The notes under the pieces were generated by a model that saw nothing but the letters and a program-made list of their open reading frames with translations, searched no databases and had not been told where the DNA came from. Shown one piece after another: positions 55,151 to 64,000 of a stretch of 64,000 nt of DNA. Position 1 is the first letter of the stretch; the number at the start of each line of letters is the position of its first letter. This DNA is from Chrysomallon squamiferum (taxonomy: Eukaryota; Animalia; Mollusca): contig CM022665.1 of assembly GCA_012295275.1 (NCBI GenBank), positions 26,908,001 to 26,972,000 on the forward strand, read 5' to 3'. A program made the translations under genes and the position numbers.

Positions 55151-56299
55151 TGATGTGACGGAAAATATTTTTACTTTGCACCTGTAAAATGTCACTTGTA
55201 TCAACAAAATGCCAGGGAATTGCAGGATTAATTATTACTTCCAGAGCAGTAGGTGTTATGGGCTTTTGAAATGGTGTTCGAAATGCATTGACAATTAACA
55301 TGAGTCCCTTTTCTTTTTTAATAAAAGAATGGATTTGTTGGGGTTTTTTGTTGTTGTTTTTTTGTTAGAAGAAAACTGTTGAACGATTCCAGGGGAACAG
55401 CTGATGTCCACTGAATGCTGTGTAAGAGTTCAGGCTGGACCAATGTAACTAGTTATATATATATTTGCTATTCTGATTATATTAACCCTTATGCAATTGT
55501 TCAGCCAACCTACGAATTTGCTAAGGGGCCAGGTTATGGTAATGTAGATATACTCGATATATGGGGCCAAAAGACGAGGTATGCCCACTAATGAATTTTG
55601 CTGTTTGGGCTCATTAATTAGGACAGTTACAGAACCTTGGCTGTTGCCCACTCTTCTGATTTAAAGATCAGGAGGAGTATAAACAGCCAACATGCATACC
55701 AGCTTGGCACTGACAAGCCACATACTCTGTCATGAGGGCAGTCAGTGTGTCTCCAGTGGGTCCTTGGTTATTAGTTTTATTAGTTTTAATCAAAAAATTA
55801 AAAGGTTTGGGGGCATTCATGTAGAGGTAAATACAGATATAAATAGTTAAATATCCTGGAAGGTTTCACTTGAGCATAGTTAATTGTGAAAATAAATGGA
55901 AATTTTTTAATTAAATGAAGACTGTCTAAAATTTATATAATATTATCATTGTTTTTTTATTTTTTTATCTGGGCATTAAATATCAGATTATATTAATGTT
56001 ACTTAAATTATACGTAATTGTTATTTATATGTGATGTATTTTTACAGGTGATATATTATGTACATGTAATAAATAAATGCATTTTGTACCGACTGCCCTT
56101 GATATATCAGTCAGTCAATAGAGCAAGAGTATGACTGACTGATAGCAGCACTCAACTGATGCCTACTTTCAGTTTGTTACATTAGTGGAATTAGAATTAT
56201 ATTCCTGGTATTTGAATGCTCCATTTTAAGAAGTGCTAAAACAAAATTTTGTTATTTATATGTGAAACTAAAATAATTCATGATTTGTATTTTATACAG

Positions 56300-58762
56300 T
56301 GATTTATATTAAGCCATCAAAATTGTGTTTTGCACAATATACTATCAGTGCAAAATTCAGAGAAGGACAAACATTAGATTCGTTTTTAAAAGATCTACTT
56401 AAAAATGTCAAGAAGGAAGAAATAGCAGATAATGTGGAGCTGTTGATTGTTAAGAAGTATAAAGGTGAAATGTGTTTTATTGACAGCAACTGTTGATTAT
56501 ATCTACTGAAAAAGTTGGGAGATGCAGAAATGGTCACAAAGATTCGAACTACCAAAGTCCCTTTGAATACAATTTTTTTTAAAGAAGCTTATAGCAAAGG
56601 ATAAAGGAAAATCCATCATAGTTAAAAAAAGATAAAAAGATGGATGAAAAAATGATGAAATCATAGACAAGTACAAGCAAGGTAAGTGTTACCATTTGTA
56701 TTATTATGTAAGTTAGTTAATTTAGCATTAAAATCAGTTAAAATTATGCAAAATACAAACCAGAGGTTTCATTAATTATGGGAAGATATTAATCAAGTGT
56801 TGGAGATGAATGCTTATTTTACTGCCATGTTCTTTGTACAAAGACATTAGTTATATCTTTAGACTAATGTGTTTTTTATATGAATGTTATAAATATCATT
56901 TTTCTTTTAATAGAAATTGCATGTATTGATGACAGCAGTGGCATAGCTAGAGGGGAAGTATTAAATTAGTTATATATACCTGCATCATCAATATTTTTTT
57001 ATATATATATACATTGTATATTAATTTTATATGCAGCCTGACAAAAAACAAAAAAAACCTGCACAATTTTTGCTGATCAGTTCAATGTTCGCTGATAATT
57101 ATTATTCAGTTATACATCACAAATTCATGCATTACAGGAAGAAATTCCACGACACTTCATTTACATTACTGTTTGATAAAAATCGAAAGGAACTTAGTAA
57201 CATACACTGTATGCATAGTTATGTATCTTGCACATTATCTGGCCCATTATGTAAACCAAGAAGAGGCTGCTGCTACTACTACTTCTACTGTTTTCACTGC
57301 TACACTGCTATGTAAATAGCTATTACTACCTCAGCTCTACTAGTACAGCTACTTTTACTACTACTAATCTACTACCGCTACAATAGCTACAGTTATAATA
57401 TTTTCCTTTAACAGCTTTAGTCAAATGGAACGCTTATCATTATGTAACTTAAATTATTGGTTAACAAAGGACAATGAAGTATATTTATATTATTTGAGCA
57501 AATAAAAATAAGCTAATATGCCATAACTGAACTGGAACAAGTACCATGACTTATCTGTGAATAATGTCTGCCACTGCACATACTTCCAGCAGATATGATG
57601 TCGGTACTAATCAAGATGAGCCCTTCTGTGATAGGCAAGTAACTGTTGTTGGACTACAGGATGCCAACATGGCAAACATTGTCTCACTGACACTTCATAA
57701 TGGTCTGGTCAGACAGATTGTTGCCTGTAACAGCTCTAAGTTGACCACGATGACGCCGTGCAATCACACTGACTTGTAACAATGACTTACATTTAGATGG
57801 TGAACCCCAGATCTTTGAGTGTGTCGATCTTGTAGCCAGCCAGTGGCCCTTCTCTGTCTTGCAAACTGAGTTGTCATAGAACTTCAAATTTAAAGTGATG
57901 ATGAAAGGAAAATACTCATCTCTTTAACTGCTAAAATTGGCATGTATTTAATTACACTCATTCTAAGTAGATGTATCGACACAGGTTGTCAGTTTAGTCT
58001 GTTTTTGTTTCAAATCCATCAAAATGAAATCTGGGTTAACTTAAAAAGTTTCTAATGATAATGCCAGTGATTAAGGCCTTAATAACGTGATGCCTTTATA
58101 TCAAATGACAACACAAAATTAAAATTCTAACCCAATCTGGCCTAAAAAAAAAAAAAAAAAAAAAAAGAAAAATACTTCCAAAAAGTATCTTTGACCCTTA
58201 ACTTCTTTTGAGTATAATGTATTATTTTATTTTTTTATTTTTCTGATCATTATTTTTCTTGTTTTAGATAAAACAAAAACAGTTCAGCATCCACTTCAAC
58301 TGTAGATTCCAAAGCAAAACAAGCAGAAGAAACAAGCAAAAAACAAAAAGTTATTGAAGGAATATGATATACTTGACAAATGTCAGAAATAATATTTATG
58401 TTATTTATTTTTATGTGTTTGAAATGTGTTTACAATTGGCTTTTCATCAAGATTATGATAACTGTTTGATATGAATTCAGTGTCACCTGCTCATTTTATA
58501 TTTAGTTCTATTAATCTGTTTTGTTTTTCTGATTCTTGTACCTTACACATGTACTTTGTTTGAACTAATAAAAGTATCTGAAAACTAATATGAAACTTTT
58601 TTCTTAGTCCAGATACAAGGTTTTGAAAGACCAGTAAGAAAAGTCACAGAACCTTCAAGTTCTACCTCTTCTAGTGAAGACTTTTCAAGAATTGAAGAGA
58701 AATTTTATTCAGAAGTTGAACGAGATTTCCACAAAATTTCTGTTTTAAATAACCATAAATGA
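56300..58762 (+). pseudogene. Diverged ParB-like paralogue, copy E (pseudogene)
   Basis: Exon 56300-56681 IYIKPSKLCFAQYTISAKFREGQTLDSFLKDLLK...FIDSNC*LYLLKKLGDAEMVTKI with later frameshifts and the same donor position (IIDKYKQ G/gtaagt). Candidate later exons at ~58268-58359 (disrupted) and 58613-58762 (IQGFERPV...NNHK*). Confidence 0.8.
57520..57900 (-). mobile_element. Degenerate Tc1 transposase fragment inside copy E
   Basis: Minus-strand LRAVTGNNLSDQTI and RQCLPCWHPVVQQQLLAYHRRAHLD*YRHHICWKYVQWQTLFTDKS resemble the Tc1 pattern HR.ARL.W...H..W...QW..VLFTDES. Confidence 0.7.
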
Positions 58763-59357
58763 TACTAGATACGAAAATTAATTAATCATTGTTAATGATA
58801 TTTCTAAATATTTTTAATTATAATTTCCGTAAGAATAATAAAATCACTGAGTAACTGGTAAATATTAGCAGAATATTAAATTAATAATGTATTAGATCAA
58901 CTGTTGTGAATGCATATTTAATATTTAATGACTCCATTGAAAATTATTATTACTTTTGTTATGATTTTTAAAACCAACTGTGAAGACATTCAACTTTCCT
59001 GAGAACCTAAACAACACATCAAAATAAAAAAAAATAAAAAAGATACATACATTAAAAAACAGTTACATTTATCAGTTTTAGGTGATATTTCTTCATGTTT
59101 CTTAATAATGCTGTCATTTATAGAGAATTGAAATAACTGTTTTAGTTCTGTACAATTCTTTCTCTGAATATACTTTTACATTTTTTTTCTTTAATCCTGT
59201 TCACTGATTCTACTCAGTTTCTCTTTCTATTTCTCCAGTCTTGTTATCTCCTCATCCCTGTCTATCCCATCCTGATTCTGTTCTGTTTTTTGTCACTATC
59301 TGATCCTTCTTATTCCTGATTTATTCTCTGTGTGCATGTCTGTGCACATTATATTTA

Positions 59358-59393
<36 letters not shown>

Positions 59394-59809
59394 ATTTGTA
59401 TACATTTGTCAAACAAAGAACATCTACTGAGAAAGACAAGTTAGCTATTCTGTTATGTCTCTGTAGATGTCAGTGTATTTCTGTTTAGCACAAATACACA
59501 TTTCTCAACAATCAACAGTATTTCAGTATTAATTTATTTCTTATTTATTTCAGGAAAAAAAATTAAATAAAGTAAAACAAAAAGAAGAAATAATAAGATT
59601 CTAAATTGACAAAGTAAGACTCAGACACACAAATCAACATACATAAACACTTGCAAATGTATACATAGACACACAAATCTAGAAACATACACACTTAAAA
59701 ATGTATACATAAACGTATGTATTACAATTATTATCCATAATTGCTTGGTATGAAAAGTGATTACAAATTTCTGTAGTTTTATTATGTAAAATAAATGAAA
59801 TGTTAAATA

Positions 59810-59843
<34 letters not shown>

Positions 59844-60999
59844 TTAGCTTATTTAAATAATTCCGTTATATTTTTATATGTAATGGTTTAATTGGTTAAA
59901 CTTTATTATTTTTTCCTTTAATTTTATACATTTGAAGCCAAGAGATACTTTCATACATATTAATATTTAAATAATGCTATGTTATATTTTTTATATGTAA
60001 TGGTTTAATTGGTTAAATTTTAAAAATTTGTTCCTTTAATTTTATAAATTTGAAGCCAACAGATACATTCATATTTATTTTTTTACACACAGACACACAC
60101 ATACACACACATTCATATAAAGAGAAAATGAGATTGTTCGGCAAAATGTGCAAGTGTGTTTTAATATTAGGTCTACCAGTTTAAAAATAACTAGTAAAAT
60201 AACAGTTTCTCTAACGTTATAAATTTTAATTGTATTTTATTAGAAAAAAATATATATTTATGTATTTTTTTAATTCTTCAGAAACATTACCAAGAATCTT
60301 CCAACAAACCAGAGAGAAAAACATTTCCACATTTATTGAACAAATCTGGGTTGAAATGATATTGGAGCCAGTTGAATGACTTCATTTGCACCTTGGTAAT
60401 TAAATCATCAAAGTTATTTAGACACATCACTTCTCGGCATAATGTTGGTTACAGACTGTAAAAAAATCTAAGGTCATGTTACTTCATTTTCTCAACTTTT
60501 GTATTTTGATCCAAAAATAGCCTGCTCATTTCCATTTCCGATTGTTTATTCAACAGTATGTGATTTTTCTGTAGTTGTGGCAGTGCCTTAGAAATAAATA
60601 TTGGAACTGAGAATGGAATAAGTATGGTTTTGTTAATGTCAGTGTGAAAATTAAGCTTGTTATGTTAGAAACTTGGTTCAAAGCAAATTGCATACATAAT
60701 AAATAATAATATAGTAGGTCACCGAGTACATATTTCTTTATTTCTTTGGTTTGACCATTGCTTCATAAAGTCCATTACCACATTCAAACTGACTGTGAAA
60801 AATATATGTTCAAAAGTCACTTTTTAAATCTTAACCAAGTGAAATTCTACTCCATACACACACATAAATCATCATCATCATCATCATCATCCTCTTCATC
60901 CTATTTTGCTTATTTTTACTGCACCTTTTTCTTTATTTTATTTGTTGTTGTTGTTTTGGGCTTTTTTGGCTTTTTATTAGGCAACTTGTAGTCAGCTGC

Positions 61000-62520
61000 A
61001 AGTGTATATATAAACTAAAATATATTTGTCACTACTTTTTGTACCGATGTAATAAAACAAAAATTCGTCTTGTATTTCATGTTTTACCTCAAAGATTTCA
61101 CTAAAAGATTCAACATGTTACATTTTCACTGGTTATTCAATATAAAGTAATTTTTCATTAGTGTAAATAAAATTATAATTGCAGTTAAATCCCTGTTTTT
61201 TTTAAATTTTATTATAAACTTGTTTCACAGCATTATAGGAACCAGTTTTATTCCTTCCTTTGAGTCAAGGCATCACAGATATCAGGGTTAGATACATCAT
61301 CACAGAACTTCAGACTAAGTTTTGCTAATTCTTCCTGGATAGCTGTTTTGTTGCAACAGCTACTTGCCTTCAGAATTTGTTACATGATTGTTTACGTGAG
61401 TGCCAAAAGTTTAAAATAGCATCCTTACAGGATAAAGAACCAACTTCAATAACCTAAATGCAAAAATAAAAAAATTAAGCATTTCAGTTTATGAAGGGAT
61501 GCAAATTAATATCAGAAATTAATTGGGTTTTGGGTTTTTTTTTTTTTTTTTACAGCATATTTCAAATGACATAATTTAAAAAAAAAAACAAAAAAAATCA
61601 GCATTCGTAACAGTCTTAATTATTTTATTAAATACATTTTATTATTAGCCAAAACAGTTATCCATCAAAAAAAACAAAAAAAACATTAAAAGCCCCACCA
61701 ATAACTTGGTACTAATATAGTACATATATGCATACAATGAAAGACAAACATTAATAAAGAAGTGTCTGTGTTTGGTTATTTGTAATTTATTAATTATTAG
61801 ATCTACAAACAGAATCTTTACAATGTACCTGTTTTTGATTCTTCAGTAACAAAAACTGTCTCTACTTTAAGTAGCAGATTCAGGGGCACTCAAAACAAAT
61901 ATCTGACACAAACAAATTATCATTTGAATATATTAAGAAATAGAAATCTAGGTAAAGTATCTGTATAATTATGAGTGTGCATGTGTGCATGTGTGTATGT
62001 GTGCATGTGTGCAAACAGGAGAAAAGAGTGAATAACCTATAATCGAATATTCAACCAAATGTGACTAAATTTACACTAAATTTTTATATTTAATTATTAT
62101 TATTAAATAATTGTAAAACATATTTCATTGAAAGCCTTAAAACAATGACTAGATGTATTTTTATCTTAAATCATTTGGTACCACTTCTGAACATAACTAT
62201 TGATCTTATTGTCTGGATGCAGAAAAACTAAGCTCATTTTACTGTTGTCCTTCCAGTGAAACACAATAAAGTTCTGATGTAATGAATCTCAAATTATTAT
62301 ACATCTTCCTGATTTTCTTTTCTGAAAAAAAATAAAAATAATAATAAAACATTTGATAAAATGCAACTGTCTGTGAAACAACACTATTACTATTTTCTTT
62401 CCTTCCAAGACCTGCTTTAAAATAAAATAATATTCTTGTTTCTTGGAGGTTTTTAATTATTATTATTATTATTTTATAACTTTTGTTTTGATTTATATAC
62501 TTACTGAAAAAAAGGAAAAA
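61000..62520 (+). repeat. Direct paralogue of the 3' region of copy B (~26610-28200)
   Basis: Shared blocks such as CAGATATCAGG.TTAGATACATCATCACAGAA, GATTCAGGGGCACT.AAAACAAATATCTGACACAA and AAAATGCAACTGTCTGTGAAA. Confidence 0.88.
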
Positions 62521-62744
62521 ACATATAAATAAATAAATAAGTAAATAAGTAACTTATTTATTTAATCTCTCTAATTTGTAAATCTTATTTTGTTACATTA
62601 TGGTAAGTTATTTATTTATTTTTCAGATTTGTTTGTGTGTGTGTGTGTGTGTGTGTGACATAAATATTTTACTTACACGCTCATCAGCTTTTGCAGTATG
62701 TTCAGATGCTACCAGCTGTTGCAGTCTAGCATTACGATGATTTT
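62289..62744 (-). CDS. 3' exons of a further B-type paralogue (copy F); 5' part lies beyond the window
   Basis: Exon 62744-62677 (NHRNARLQQLVASEHTAKADER; phase 1>0 like B exon 2) and a terminal exon from 62321 homologous to the B terminal exon but frameshifted (KRKSGRCIII*). The ParB exon is not in the window. Confidence 0.5.
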
Positions 62745-62783
62745 CTTTAAAAACAAGATTATATAGAAAATAAATAATTCCAA

Positions 62784-62814
<31 letters not shown>

Positions 62815-64000
62815 TATTTGAAAATAGGCAGTTACAAATATATATATTCCTTATGTTTATTAGTTTATTTAGTTATTACTATTGAGAATATGTTTAACTG
62901 TTTGACATAATTCAAGACATTTGCAATAAAAAATATCAATATATTACTACTAATAGTTGTTTTTATTTCTTACTTTTCTTACTTGTTTATTATTACTTAG
63001 AACATTTTTAATACTATTCAAGAATTAAAAATAAAAAAAATATCAAAATATTACTACTACTAAGTTATTTTTGTTTATTACTTTATTTATTTATTTTTAC
63101 GAAGGACATTTGTAATTGTATATCATAATTCATGACATTTATAAATTCACTGTTAAAAAAACAAATTATTTACACAGTATCAGATACATTTCAATGCATA
63201 GTTGTTTCATTTGTAAAGGAAAACCAGGCTCTGTTTAATTAAACTTTTTTTTTTAATGATTATTATGTTAAGTATATAGTTTTAAACTTTCCACTTTACT
63301 TTTTTACTTAAGGTATTTTAACAAACACAAAATGTTTTTTTGTTTTTTGTTTTTTTTAAACTTGTTTCTGTTTTTTAAATCAAAAATGTTTACACTTCAA
63401 AAATATTAACAATGGCACTATTTTATATCTGTCTATCTATCTAAATGTACATATAACACTATTATTACTAATATATTTCAAATCTAACTTTTTAACAAAT
63501 GTAAAAATTATAAAATGTAAAACAAATATATTTTCTGAATATGGTAACATGTTTAAAATAGTATATAATGTCAGTTTGTACAATTAATATCAGGAAATTA
63601 ACTAAATAGATCTTTATTAATTTAAATAATAATAATAAGTAAAATAAAATAAAATTTTAAAATATTTTGTTTTAAATACTTAATATAAATAAACCAGGTA
63701 ATAAATTATACATTATAGTTTGTGAAGACATTGCTTAGATATTTTATTTAAAATGAAAATATCACATTTATTATTATCATAGAAACCATAAAAAACTAAA
63801 ATTATGTAATAAGCTACATGTAAATTTAACGTATAGAGATGTTTACATAAAAAAGAATAAAAATAAATTAAAAAAATAAGAGTAAGAAGAAGCAAAATAA
63901 CGATACATCTTTACTAATTTAAAAAGAAATATGAAAACTAGATAGCATTGCTTACATAAATATATCTCAGATTGTCTTATTTAACTAAACAATATCACTT

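Overview
Very AT-rich, microsatellite-laden animal genomic DNA with GT-AG introns. The texture is mollusc/cephalopod-like; this is an inference and the taxon cannot be fixed from the window. The left 20 kb is ordinary: a 4-coding-exon uncharacterised gene (minus, about 288 aa) with a ZNF143/YY1 promoter, a Tc1/mariner relic and a single-exon 144-aa ORF with PKA-type motifs. The right 44 kb is a mosaic of segmental duplications carrying a family of genes with a ~123-aa ParB/Sulfiredoxin-like N-terminal domain (motifs YRPS..L...Q..I...F and PFV(V/I)DGNRRL). There are two intact multi-exon members (A 21227-24274 minus; B 27867-34520 minus), a domain-only member (C 43902-44270 plus), two pseudogenes (D 45847-46950; E 56300-58762) and the 3' end of a further paralogue (F, ~62.3-62.7 kb). 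Copies A-D have TATA promoters with IRF/ISRE-type and STAT/GAS-type motifs (A, C and D also have kappaB-like and CRE-like sites). A hand count between A and C gives 29 amino-acid-changing versus 4 purely synonymous codon differences, with an invariant DGNRR core. Together these suggest an inducible, rapidly evolving innate-immune effector family built on a ParB-like fold (inference). Also present: a 5'-truncated CMTR1 (ISG95) pseudogene head-to-head with B, a decayed Ngaro/DIRS tyrosine-recombinase retrotransposon, and Tigger and Tc1 relics. All gene models were assembled by hand from splice signals and phase compatibility.
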